In this document: positions 36,501 to 47,070 of the stretch, in pieces
Layout of the letters: each line of letters opens with the position of its first letter
Numbering within the stretch: the stretch's first letter is position 1
DNA from: Prorocentrum cordatum
Taxonomy: Eukaryota
DNA: 53,403 nt
Assembly (NCBI GenBank): GCA_963575745.1
Contig: CAUYUJ010000319.1
Coordinates: 62,001-115,403 of the forward strand
Reading direction: 5' to 3'
Translations under genes and position numbers: made by a program
Notes under the pieces: model-generated
Databases searched by the model: none
What the model saw: only the letters and a program-made list of their open reading frames with translations
What the model was told of the DNA's origin: nothing

Positions 36501-39500
36501 CGCCCTCAACCCGTGAAGCGCTGGCATAAGAAAAAAACGAATGTGCGCGGCGCCAAGGCGAGAGCCACATTTTGGAAACATGACTCGTTTTCAATCGGTG
36601 AGTACATCCCCAGGACGAAAGTTTTTTCCTCTTGGGCCCGGAACGAAGGTTTGAAGTCTGAAGCAAAGGCGTGTGAGATACCCGCCGTCGGATCCAATGA
36701 AGGTCGCGCGGATCCAATTTTGGTTTTGGTGTGTGTTTCGGTGGATCCAATTTCTGCCCGCGCGGATCCGATTTCGGATTTGCTGGATCCGTGTTCGGTC
36801 TTATTTTTCACGGCGGATCCGATTTCTACCCTGTTTTAAAATTATATTATTAAATTAAAACAGGGAACCGGAAGAAATCGGATCCGCGGACCCCGCAAAC
36901 CGCCCGTGTTAAGATTCTACGGGGGATGGGGGTTCGGTAATTAACTCTCCACGATGGGCGTTGCGTCGTCTCGCGCACACCCATCAGCTCCCCGCGCGCG
37001 CGGGTCCCATTCGAAATGGATACATACATCCCTCTCACCCCGGTTGCTGCAAACAGCTCGTCTGGTCGCCGTCCGTTCTGGCGCCGACGTTGTCTTGTGA
37101 ACTCATGGCCATTTGCACGTCAAGAGGAAAATCTTTCGTCCTGCGTAAGTGCGGTTCGGCCCCGCGTCTCCTGACCCAACGGACGGCCTCTGCGCTCTCT
37201 CCCGCGACGAGGCGGCCAACCAACGCGTCCGAAGGCCAAAACGCTCATCCCCAGGACGAAAGTTTTTTCCTCTTGGGCCCGGAACGAAGGTTTGAAGTCT
37301 GAAGCAAAGGCGTGTGAGATACCCGCCGTCGGATCCAATGAAGGTCGCGCGGATCCAATTTTGGTTTTGGTGTGTGTTTCGGTGGATCCAATTTCTGCCC
37401 GCGCGGATCCGATTTCGGATTTGCTGGATCCGTGTTCGGTCTTATTTTTCACGGCGGATCCGATTTCTACCCTGTTTTAAAATTATATTATTAAATTAAA
37501 ACAGGGAGCCGGAAGAAATCGGATCCGCGGACCCCGCAAACCGCCCGTGTTAAGATTCTACGGGGGATGGGGGTTCGGTAATTAACTCTCCACGATGGGC
37601 GTTGCGTCGTCTCGCGCACACCCATCAGCTCCCCGCGCGCGCGGGTCCCATTCGAAATTGATACATACATCCCTCTCACCCCGGTTGCTGCAAACAGCTC
37701 GTCTGGTCGCCGTCCGTTCTGGCGCCGACGTTGTCTTGTGTCCTCATGGCCATTTGCACGTCAAGAGGAAAATCTTTCGTCCTGCGTAAGTATCTTCCAA
37801 ATTTTAACGAATGTGCGCGCCGCTTGTTAGAGAGCGACATTTTGGAGACAAACACCCGCCCTCAACCCGTGAAGCTCCTCCAAATTTTGAACACATATGT
37901 GCGCGGCTCGAAGGCGAGAGCCACATTTTGAAAACCACCCGCCCTGAATCCGTGAAGTTTGAAAACGACCCGCCCTCCATGTGTGAAACTGTTGCCATTT
38001 TTTGCATCAGGGTCATAAGTGCTGAGGGCGTCTCAGGCGAAACGCCCGGCCCGCCCTTTCGACCGGCTTCGGGGTACGACAGCGAGGATTTTTCTATAAG
38101 GAAAGGAATGGAGGAGGGTGAGGAGAAGGAGGAGGAAGAGGAGGACGAGCAGGAGGAGGAGGAGGAGGAGGAGGAAAAAAACGGGGTGGGGCGGAGGGAG
38201 AGGATGATGATGATCTGGGGGAGGACGAGCAGGAGGACCACGTATACTCCTCTGAACTTCACCTTTCGGTTCGACACCAACGATTCCACCACTCCTTCTC
38301 TTTCCGCTCGCTCCTCGAGGAAGTTCGGCGATGATGAGGATACGGAACACTTTCGAACATGTACAACCAGCATATTTGAAAACTCTTGAGCATCCTCCTC
38401 CTACTCCTTCTCTTTCTTCTTATTATTTTGAGTGTTTCCTTTTTTGTCTGCTTTTTCTTCTTTGTATTATTATTATTATCATTATTATTATTTTTTTTAT
38501 TATTATTACTATGATTATTATTATTATCATTACTATTATTATTATTAGTATTATTATAGTTATTATTATTATTATCATTATTATTATTACTATTATTATT
38601 ATTAATATTATTATTAGTATTATTAATAAATATTCCTTTTTCTCATTCTTCTTCGTCTTTTTTTTCTTCCTGAGCGACGACGCGGCGACCTCTTCAAGAG
38701 TTGCGGTTCCTCCGAGATCGCCCCCCCCCGCCCCCCCCAGACCTGTCCCGGAAAGCGCGCCCTGAGCACAGCTTCGAGGTGACCCCAGCCGCAAAAGGTC
38801 AACCCCAGGAGGCCCGAAGCGCCCCCCCCCCCCCCCCCCGAACGTCTGAAACCTTCGATCCCTCCTCTCCTCCTCCTCCTCCTCCTCCTCCTCCTCCTCC
38901 TCCTCCTCGCCCCCCTCCTTCTCCTCCTCCTCCTCCTCCTCCTCCTCCTCCTCCTCATCCTCCTCCTCCTCATCTTCGGTCCTCGATCCCTCCTCTCCCC
39001 GCCGCCTGCGAGCGAGGGGAGAGGCTGGGCGGGCGCTCCTCGTCTCGGCCACGGCGGCGGCGGCGACGCACGCCGGCGCCCGCGGCACCGCGGCGACGGC
39101 GAGGAGCGGCGCCCCGCGGGCGGCGCGGGGCCGAGCGCGCCCCCGAGGCGGCGACCTCTTCCAGCGGCTCTACAAGAGCAAGCTCGCGCGGGGCGCGCGC
39201 ACGCCCGGCGCCCGGCGGCGGGCCGCCCCCCCCCCCCCTCCCAGCTCCCTGCCAGGCCGGCGGCAGGAGGCGGAGGGCCACATGCGAACCCTGCCCCATA
39301 CCCCCCAACGATTTCTGAGGGGGAGGGGGGGGTTCACTTCGTTCGGGAGCTCCCGAGCGAAGTGAACCCCACCCTGCCCCTCAGAAATCGTGGGGGGTAT
39401 GGGGTAGGGTTCGCATGTGGACCCCTGAGGAGGCGGAGGGCGGAGGGCTGTGCGTGTGTGCGCAGAAGTTCGTCCGGGAGGTGGGTGGTGTCCGTCGAGG

Positions 39501-40278
39501 CGGAGGTGTGCGGGGGCTCCTCCTCTCCTCCTCCCCCTCCTCCTCCTCGTCCTCCTCCTCCTTCTCATCCTCCTCGCCTCCTCCGAGGAGCCCCCCGCCA
39601 CGCCGGCCGCCCAGGTGGGGTGGGCAGGGACCCTCCTTCTACGGCCGTGTCCTCCTCCATCCAGGATGGCGTGGAGGAGGTGGGACGAGGCATCCCTCCT
39701 GCCCGCGATGGGAGCTCGGAGTCTGAGCGACGACTCTGAATGAGGTGTGGTGCAGCGTCGGCCGTTCGGGGAGTGCCCAGACGTTTTGAGGTCCGAGGTC
39801 CGCGAGGTGGTGTGGAGGGTGGGGGGGCTGGGGGAGGCAGGGGGGGGGAGGGAAAGGCGGGGGGAAAGGGGATGTGGTGGTGCTGCGGATGCTGATGCTG
39901 ATGCCGATGCGGATAATGAGGATACTGATGATGATGCTGCTGATGATGCGGCTACTGCTGCCGACGACGATGGCGCTGACGATGAGGATGACGATGACGA
40001 TGACGATGATGATGATGTGGAGGATGATGAGGATGATGAGGATGATGAGGATGATGAGTATGATGGTGCTGATGATTATGATGCTGCTGCTGCTGATGAT
40101 TGTGGTGATTATTATGAGCGTGCTGCTGCTTGTGATGAACCAGACATACTGTTGTAATTGTTGTCGTAGTTGGTGTCGATGTCGTTGTTGCTGCTGTTGT
40201 TGTTGTTGATGATGATGATGATGTCGTTGTCGTTGGCTTTGTTGTTGCTGCTGTTGTTGCTGTCGCTGTTGTTGCTGT

Positions 40279-40322
<44 letters not shown>

Positions 40323-41364
40323 CTGCCTTTGAATTTTCATTTTCAAAGAAGAAGTATTGTAGATCCCCCTGGGGTAACCGTTGCATTTTTTGATTGAAGT
40401 GCTTCTCACGGGGCTCGCGCCTTGTTTTTTCACAAGGGAAAATGAGGTGTCGCCAACCTGTGTTGTTGGGCCTCGCTTCACAATGACAGCGACGCCCCTC
40501 TCCTCACCATTTATTCCCAAATCGCGCTCTCGCGCGGGACGTCCTCACAATTTATGCAGGAATCGCGCTTTCGCATTGGATTTCTCTACAATTCATACAG
40601 GCGCCGCGGCCTCGACACGCAGGAATCACGCTCTCGCGGTGGATTTCCTCATGATTTCTTTGGGAATCGTGCCGTCGCTCGAGACTTCCTCGCGATCCAA
40701 GCAGGACGTGCGCTTCAGCAACCCGCCTGCCCCTTGTCCCTTCCATCCGTCCCCTCTTCTGCTGCCTTAGGGGCTGCGCGAAATACGCGTAGCAGGTAAG
40801 AAGGATATGCCCCGCAGGCCCTAAGGGGGTACGATCGAAGACAAAGAGGACGGGTATTGATGGATTGGGATAGACATTTGAATTGCCCACAAGCAGATAA
40901 GAACGAACATGATTGGTATGATTGTTGTTGCTGTTGTTGCTGTTGCTGTTGCTGTTGTTGCTGATGTTGCTGTTGTTGTTGGTGGTGGTGGTGTTTTTGT
41001 TTCCCTTGTTGATGACTGTGTGCAGCTTGGCGATGACGATGACGACGGCGATGACGACCGTGGTGTTTTTACGGCGATGTCGCTGATGATTCTTATGGTG
41101 GCCATGACGATGATGACGACGAGATTGATTATGCTGATGATGATGATGGTGCTGCTGATGATAATGCTGATGCTGATGCTGATGATGTTGATGATGATAC
41201 TGATGATGAAGATTATGATGATGATGCTGATGCTTATGATGATGCTGCTGCTGATGCTGATGATGCTGATGATGATGCTGTCGTTTAGTATTGGTGGTTG
41301 GTGGTGGTAGTGATGATGATGATGATGATGATGATGCTGAGGATGATGATGATGATGATGCTGC

Positions 41365-41426
<62 letters not shown>

Positions 41427-43956
41427 ATGATGGATTCTTCACGCTTCGCGTATCCCCACCAACCCATTCATAAACCGTGCCCATGAGAGCTGGCCGGAAC
41501 AAGGGACGAAGAGACACATGTAGTGAAACAGAGCGGGCAATTGGGGTTAACGAAGAATGGAGATGGCTTTGGAGGGCTTTTTCGGGCCATCCTTGGGGCC
41601 CGCGCGGGGGCGAAGGAAGGAGCAGGAGGAGGAGGAGGCGGAGGAAGAGAATGACGACGACCACGACGACGAGGAAGAGGAGGACAGGGAAAAGGAAGAC
41701 GATGAGGGCAAGGACGAGAATGAGGACGAATATGTGGAGGAGAAGGACAACGAGGACGAAGACAGAGCCCTCAAAATCGCCAGTTGGAGTCCTCCTGTGA
41801 TTCTTTTGGGTGATCGTTGGGTCCTTTTGGGGCCCTCTTGGGGGGTCTTGGGGGGCCTCCTGGAGGCCTTTTGGGGGTTACCTTGGGGCTCTCTTGGGAG
41901 CCCTGGAGGCCCTCTTGAGGCCATCTTGGAGGAGGTCGCGCAAAGAAGGTGGGAACATTAAGTCGCGCCCCCCCCCCCCCCCTCTGTGGAGCCCTCGACG
42001 TCGCCTTTTGGAGCCCTCCTGAGGCTCTCTTGGGGCGCTCTTGGTCGCTCTTGGGGCCGTCTTGAGGCCCTCTCATTCGATTTTGGGAGGATTTTGGCCT
42101 CTTGGGTGCTCTCTTGGGGATGTTCCGAGGCCATTTGGGGCCGTCCTGGGGCGGTTTTGGAGCCTCTTGGATCACGTTGGAGGTTATCTTGAGCTGTCTT
42201 GAGCCATCTTAGAGAACATCTTGGGCTCTCTGAGACGCTCTTGGGGCCATCTTGGGCCATCTTGGGCGCTCCAATGGGTCGCGGGACGTTCCATCCAGCT
42301 CCAGGGGGAGGGGGAAAGGGGGAGGGGTCGAGGTCCCCCCTTTGCCCGCAAGCAGTCTCGCTCACTCCCACCCGCCCTCCCAACACACAAGTAACCCCAG
42401 AGGGAGTCTCAGCATATTGCTTAGGAGCACCACGCATGCCATGTGCACCACGGGTTCCAGGTGCACCAGGCACCCTGGAGGCCCAAGCGAGCCAGACGCG
42501 CCAGGTGCGGCACGTGCTCCACGCTTAAGCAATACGCCGGCACCCCCGCCGTCCCTGTCAAAAACCAATGCAAAGTGGTCGTGGGCCGCCCGCATGCCAG
42601 ATGTTGAGGCAAACTGTAGTCTGCAGTGTTTTCTGACAGAGATGGTTGGCCTGCGCGCAGCGAACAATATGACGGCACCCCCGGCGTCTTTATCAAAACC
42701 TAGTGCAAAGAGGTCGTGGGGCGCCCGCGCACGCTCCAGATGTGGAGGCGAAGAGCATTATGTATAGTTTGTTTGTTGTTTACGGATGGTTCGCTTGCGA
42801 ACAGCGAGCAATATGATTGTACTTCTTCGGTCAAAAACCAATGCAAAGTGGTCGCGCGGGCCTGCGCATGCTCCAGATGTTAAGGTACTTTGCATTATGT
42901 ATTGTTCTTTGCCAGGGATGGTTGGCTTGCGCGCAGCGAGTAATTTAACCGTGCCCCCGCCGTCCTTAACAACAACCGCTGCACCAAGATCGCCGGGCGC
43001 CCGCGCATGCTCTAGATTTGGATGCAAAGTGCATTACGTATTTTTTTCTGACAGGGATGGTGGGGGGGGTGGTTGGCATGTTTCGGGCTGGCCCACAGTC
43101 GAGTGGGGGAGGGGGTGTATATTAATAACGGGCAGTGAAGATTGGCAAATGGGAGCGAACACGCGCTAAACCACATACGCTCAAAGGGCTGGTTGAATTC
43201 TTGGCCAGAACTGAAACTTGTGCGTCTGTTGCACAGATGAGGGCGGTGGGAAGGGGGGGTGGGTGGGTGGGTGAGTGGGTGGGGGTGGGGGGGGGAGGCG
43301 GTCATTTTTTCAAGCTGGTGGTTTCGCTGGACTCCTCGTTCAAGTTCGTTTTTATGCATTTTCACATGCCCTGGTGCTCGCCAGACGGGTTCAAGGCAAT
43401 TCCTTTTCAAAACGGGCCGCTTATGGTAGTGAGAAGACGCCTTGTAGCGACTTATACGGGAATGTGTCTTGAGGCGGACGCGCGTTGCAGCATCCTTGAT
43501 ATATCTTGGGTTTGCGATACTGGTCACTCTCCTCCCTTCCTCCTCGTCCTCCTCTCCTTCCTCCCTCTCTATCCCTCTGTCCTCCTCCCTCTCAGCCTCC
43601 TCCGTTTCACTCGCATGAGCTGCGGTTGCGGGAAAGCTTCTTCCTCCTCTCCTTTCCTCCGCCTCTTCCTCCTCCTTCCCTCTTCTGTCCCTCCTCCTCC
43701 CCCTCGTCATCCTCCTTCTTCTCCTTCTTCTCTTCCTCCTTCTCCTCCTCCTCCTTTTTCTCCTCTTTTTGTTCCCCTTCTCCGTTTCCTCCTCCTCCTC
43801 CTCCTCCTCCTCCCTGGTTCCTCCTCCCTCTCTCCGTTCTCCTCGGCGCGTCCTAGGTTCTTCTGGCACGAGAGGCTGAGCATCTGCGCGGACACCGCGG
43901 CGGGGATATCGCACATGCATGGCTTCGCGCCGAAGGGGTTCCACCGCGACATCAAG
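16301..43956 (+). CDS. IRAK/Pelle (plant RLK-like) Ser/Thr protein kinase, partial; exons 16301-16414, 17389-17433, 18772-18792, 32003-32082, ~32809/32838-32878, 34957-34977, 43857-~43956
   Basis: Exons join to [107 protein letters not shown](R)|[33 protein letters not shown]. This covers subdomains I-VIb in order with Pelle/RLK signatures (EL..AT, RHPNLV.LLG, LVYE, W..RL). The first three introns are GC-AG, GA-AG and GC-AG in AG|G context. The two junctions around 32.1-35.0 kb are unresolved, and DFG/APE exons were not found in the window. Confidence 0.88.
18104..18257. mobile_element. Fold-back (near-perfect palindrome) element, second copy at 39274-39426
   Basis: TAGGGGGCCACACGCGAACCCTACCCCTACC...GGTAGGGGTAGGGTTCGCGTGTGGCCCCCTA, with arms pairing almost to the centre. 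Confidence 0.85.
18483..18640. mobile_element. MITE with ~25-bp TIRs
   Basis: TTACCAGCCTCGAACTTATCCCTA ... TAGGGATATGTTCCAGGCTGGTAA, with CATTA on both flanks. Confidence 0.7.
21077..21302. repeat. Two tandem ~114-bp units with internal inverted TAACTCGGG/CCCGAGTTA motifs
   Basis: CAGAGCCCCGAATCATCAG starts at 21077 and 21191. Confidence 0.85.
21500..23085 (+). mobile_element. 3' fragment of a retroelement with RNase H domain (degenerate)
   Basis: [29 protein letters not shown] (RNase H-like, ORF 21821-22363). Preceded by IWTGQRL..GY..RCP.CG..HRL..C (post-RT zinc-binding-like) and followed by Cys-rich WACQRC/CMTCG segments. Interrupted by stops; no RT core seen. Confidence 0.7.
23200..25170. 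repeat. Degenerate CACAGTCGTGGGGC array (23200-23820, 24960-25170) interrupted by a block with a ~175-bp direct repeat (~23830-24005, ~24415-24595)
   Basis: The motif recurs many times. TCTGAGTATCAAGAGG..GGACAGGGTTTGGAGGATGAGTGA..CGGAAGC occurs twice. Confidence 0.7.
25430..25452 (+). other. Candidate degenerate relic spliced leader upstream of the nested gene
   Basis: CTGCAGCCGTTTTGG matches 12/15 of SL CCGTAGCCATTTTGG, continues GCCCCCAG, and ends ~57 bp before ATG 25509. Confidence 0.5.
25509..29619 (+). CDS. Cystathionine gamma-lyase/gamma-synthase family (Cys/Met metabolism PLP enzyme), 7 predicted exons: 25509-25592, ~26147-26186, 26461-26496, 26706-~26736, 27057-27096, 27444-27527, 28585-29619
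   Basis: Terminal exon has [44 protein letters not shown] (PLP lysine) and NLGATES, ending at TGA 29617-29619. Upstream exons supply the missing N-terminus in frame: [48 protein letters not shown], via GA-AG and GT-AG introns. Exons 1-4 are less certain. Exon 1 ([28 protein letters not shown]) is Arg/Ala-rich with no acidic residues, like a mitochondrial presequence. CGL vs CGS/CBL cannot be decided by eye. Confidence 0.9.
25851..26054. mobile_element. MITE in intron 1 of the nested gene with central (TA)n
   Basis: CGAGGCGGGGATTTATACAT and ATGGATAAATCCCCGCCTCG form a 19/20 inverted repeat. Confidence 0.7.
26208..26392. mobile_element. MITE in intron 2 of the nested gene
   Basis: ACATACTAATACTATGTGT and ACATATTGTATTAGTATGT form an inverted repeat. 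Confidence 0.65.
26497..26695. mobile_element. Introner: Mutator-like MITE forming intron 3 of the nested gene
   Basis: Ends GTTCGGCAGC...GCCGCCGAAC with ~50-bp imperfect TIRs. Flanked by the perfect direct repeat CATGACCAAG (26487-26496, 26696-26705). GT donor comes from the TIR, AG acceptor from the TSD. Confidence 0.85.
27102..27441. mobile_element. TIR element filling nearly all of intron 5 of the nested gene; same family as 18483-18640
   Basis: Left ACCAGTCTGAAGCATATCCC and right GGGATAGGGATGAGCTCGAGGCTGGT resemble the termini of 18483-18640. Confidence 0.65.
27535..27750. mobile_element. Second copy of the 26497-26695 MITE family at the start of intron 6
   Basis: GGGGGGAACTGAGAGGGAGCAGGCCTTCCCAGAAGG ... 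CTTCTGAGAAGCCCCGC.GCCTTCTGAAAAGACCTGCCCCCGCTCACTTCCCCC resembles both TIRs of the first copy. Confidence 0.7.
27833..28460. mobile_element. Degenerate TIR element in intron 6 of the nested gene
   Basis: GGGCGGTTTGGTTGG..ACAAAAGACCCCTCA is inverted relative to TGAGGGTTCTTTGT..CCACCAAACCACCC. Confidence 0.5.
36605..37791. repeat. Two near-identical 546-bp TIR-bounded units (36605-37150, 37246-37791) separated by 95 bp
   Basis: Period 641 bp. Each unit is bounded by CAGGACGAAAGTTTTTTCCTCTT ... AAGAGGAAAATCTTTCGTCCTG. Confidence 0.92.
38420..38630. repeat. (ATT)n AT-rich microsatellite
   Basis: Direct inspection. Confidence 0.9.
41790..42270. repeat. Degenerate GGGCC.TCTTGG-type low-complexity repeat (related piece ~53190-53310)
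   Basis: Recurring (G)GCC(A/C/G)TCTTG(G/A)G units. Confidence 0.65.
42530..43065. repeat. Degenerate ~138-bp tandem repeat, ~4 units
   Basis: Recurring CAAAA.C.A.TGCAAAG.GGTCG..CGCATGC.CCAGATGT..GGATGGTTGGC.TGCGCGCAGCGA. Confidence 0.75.
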
Positions 43957-45556
43957 CCCTGCCCTCAGCAGGATGACACTGGACGTTGGGAGGAGGAGGA
44001 GGAGAAGGAGGAGGAGGGGGATGGTGATGATCACGATGACGATAGTCATGATGCTGGTACTGATGCTGCTGCTGCTGAGGATTATGGTGCTGATGGTGGT
44101 GGTGGTGGTGGATGATGTTGTTGCTGATGATAATCAGGATGACAAGGATGATGCTGATGTTGTTGATGATGATGAAGCTTAGGTATGCTGAGGATGACGA
44201 TGCTGTTGACGAGGATGAAGATGCCAATGATGCTGCAGATGATGATGATGCTGATGATGATGCTGATGCTTTGCTAATGCTGCTAACGATGATGATGCTG
44301 CTTCTGATGATGATGCTGACGATGCCGATGCATACGATGATGATGCTGATGCTCGTGATGGTGATGATGACGCTGCGGCTGCTGCTGCTAATGATGATGC
44401 TGCTGATGATGTTGTTGGTGCTCTCGATGCTGATGATGATGCTGGTGAATATGGTGCCGATGTTGATGATGATGCTGATTCGGATGATGCTGCTGAGGAT
44501 GACGATGATGGTGGTGATGCTGATGGTGCTGGTGATGACGATGCTGCATCTGCTGATGATGGTGATGCTGGTAACGGTGGTGGTGATGACGACGATGCCG
44601 CGGATGGTACTGATGCTACTGCTGCTTATGATGCTGCTGATGATGCTGCTGACCATGATGATGAGGATGTCGATGATGTTGCTGCTGATGATGCTGGTGT
44701 TGATGTTGATGTCGATGATGATGACGATGCTGCAGGAAATGCTGATGACGATTATGATGCTGATAGAACGGATGAGGGTGATGTTGATGTTGCTGATGAT
44801 TATGATGGTCGTTGATGATGATGTTGATGCTGATACTGGTGCTGGTGATGATGACGATGATGGTGATTGTGGAGATGATGATGGTTCGGATCACGATGCT
44901 GATGCTGCTGACGATGATGTTGATGATCATGATCATGTTAATATTCACGATGATCATGATGCTGACGATACTGATGCTTTAATTAGTAGTATTATTATGA
45001 TGATGCTGATGCTGCTGCTGCTGTTTAGGATGATACGGATGATGATGACGATGCGGTTGCTGATGATGATGGGCACAATGATTCTATGTTGGTGACGATG
45101 ATGGCGGGGATGCTGATAGTTGTGGTGTTGATGAAGGTGGTGATGATTGTGGTGGTGATGATCTGATGCGGAGGAAGAGCAGGATGAGGAGGAGGAGGCG
45201 GAGGAGGGGGTGGAGGAGGCGGAGGATGAGGAAGTGGAGGAGGTGGAGGTGGAGGACAAAGATGATGATGAAGATGAGGAGGGTGGATGAGGAGAGCGGA
45301 CCGTGAAGAGCACGGACGCTGAGGAGCACGGACCGTGAGGAGAACGGACCGTGAGGAGAACGGACCGTGATGAGAACGGACCGTGAGGAGCAGTGGGAGA
45401 GGAGCAGGAGAGCAGGAGGAGGAGGAGGAGGAGGAGGAGGAGGGAGGAGGAGGAGGAGGAGCCCGAGGAGGAGGAGGAGGAGTCGTTCGGACGAACGTTG
45501 CAACCATCAGGTGTCAGGAGGAGGAGAAGGAGGAGGAGGATGAGGAGGAGGATGAC

Positions 45557-45593
45557 ACCGTAGCCATTTTGGCTCAAGCCATTTTGGCTCAAG
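45557..45593 (+). other. Dinoflagellate spliced leader (perfect 22 nt) followed by a 15-nt relic SL
   Basis: ACCGTAGCCATTTTGGCTCAAG (45557-45578) matches DCCGTAGCCATTTTGGCTCAAG and is followed immediately by CCATTTTGGCTCAAG (45579-45593). No SL RNA intron donor follows the first copy. Confidence 0.97.
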
Positions 45594-46229
45594 TGAAACA
45601 TTTCTCGAGGTTGGTCCAGGGTGTCCACTCCCCGAGTGGCCCCAGAGAAGCCCCAGGACAGGGGCCTCCGCTTTTTCTCGCACTGCAGCTCTGCTGCAAC
45701 ATACCCAGTCTCTGCTACTGTGCCTGCCTTTCTTGTCGCTCGACACCACTGGTTGCGGCAACGGCGCGATGACAAATGCTGACCCTCGGGAAGCGGCATC
45801 GGCCGCGACGCTCGAGGCACTCGAGGCGATGCCCACCTTCCCCCAGTCGCAGGAGGTCGCCACCCCACAACGTGCTGGCCCTCTTCTCCATCATGATGTG
45901 GTGGCTCCTGATGGGCAGCCCCCACACAAACGTGCCGTTCTCCTGTCCTTTCATGGCGCCCCAGGCGGCAAGGGCTGGGGCAAAGGCCAGCACTGTAGTT
46001 CTGGAGACGCAGCTGATGACGCAGGTGCAGCTGGAAGCGTTCCTCCTTCTCCCTGGTGGCGGCGCGGGTTCCAGCCCGAGTGCAGGAGCAGATGTCAATG
46101 TTCAGCGAAGCGGCGGAGCTCCCGCCGCCCTGCCCCATTTTCACGACAATGTCTCGATCAGAGCGCATGTGGATGCTATTCAGGCGGCGCTGCAACAGTC
46201 CATCTCGGTGGTGCAGAACTGTGCGCAAA

Positions 46230-47041
46230 CATCTCTCACAACGATATATCCAATAACACCACATCCTCCTTCCGTGACATCAACCACACGATGGAGACGC
46301 GTATCAACCGAGTGGAAAATCGAGTGGACGAACACGACAAGCGTATGGGCAATCTCGAGTCCCAGATTGCCCGTCTCCGTCAAGAGCTGCAGGTGGCACA
46401 GAGCGAAGAACCACAACCTCCCCTTCGTCCAGTGGCAGACAGCAGCTTCAGCAGGCAGATCGACCCAACCGTCGTCATCATTTGTGCACCGAAGCTGGTC
46501 ACGAAGACGAGCGTGCACAATTCCCTGGCAGATTGGTTCCGCGACTGCAACATCTCTGAGAACGAGTATACCTTCGACGAGCAGGAGCCGCCGGGGACCA
46601 AGTTCACGATGTGCTTCGCGGGTTCGAGGAACCACGCCGAGCGCAAGGTCAATCAGGTTTTGGGCGCGCTTAAAGACCTCCTCCCAAGGCAACGCCCCGC
46701 CCGTGTGGCGGACCTTCCGTGCTGAATCCATCGCTGACGGCGCCATCAACATCTGCGTCGGCCCAGACAAGAACACGAAGATGGCTCGCCGTGAGCTGGG
46801 GTGCAGGAAAGTCAAAGCGGTGCTGGTCAGAGGGTTCCCACAGAGGCGTTTCTTCATGTATAAGAACAACGGTGCGATCTTGCTTGGCTGGAAACCTATT
46901 TGCGAAGTTGTCCCCGTCGAAGGCAAAGACATTCCTGACATGATGTGGGCGAAGGAAGACATGCGCTCAGGGGGCATGGACGTTCCGCCCTCGCAGCAGC
47001 TTGTCTCCGAACCGTTCGGCCCCGCATGCGAGACAGTGTAG
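46230..47041 (+). pseudogene. ORF1-like protein of the LINE (coiled coil, frameshifted)
   Basis: Heptad-like METRINRVENRVDEHDKRMGNLESQIARLRQELQ in one frame, continuing after a frameshift (~46.69 kb) into WRTF..GPDKNTKMARRE..GWKPIC. Sits directly 5' of the endonuclease. Confidence 0.6.
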
Positions 47042-47070
47042 AGCTCCTAGCATGATCAGTACCCTGTGGC

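Noticed and set aside
45295..45390. 16-bp GAACGGACCGTGAGGA tandem as the LINE promoter
   Set aside because: Lies outside the SL-defined 5' end and is separated from it by a GGA tract; treated as a simple minisatellite.
45557..45650. SL RNA gene
   Set aside because: The first SL is followed by a relic SL rather than the SL RNA intron, and then by a retroelement.
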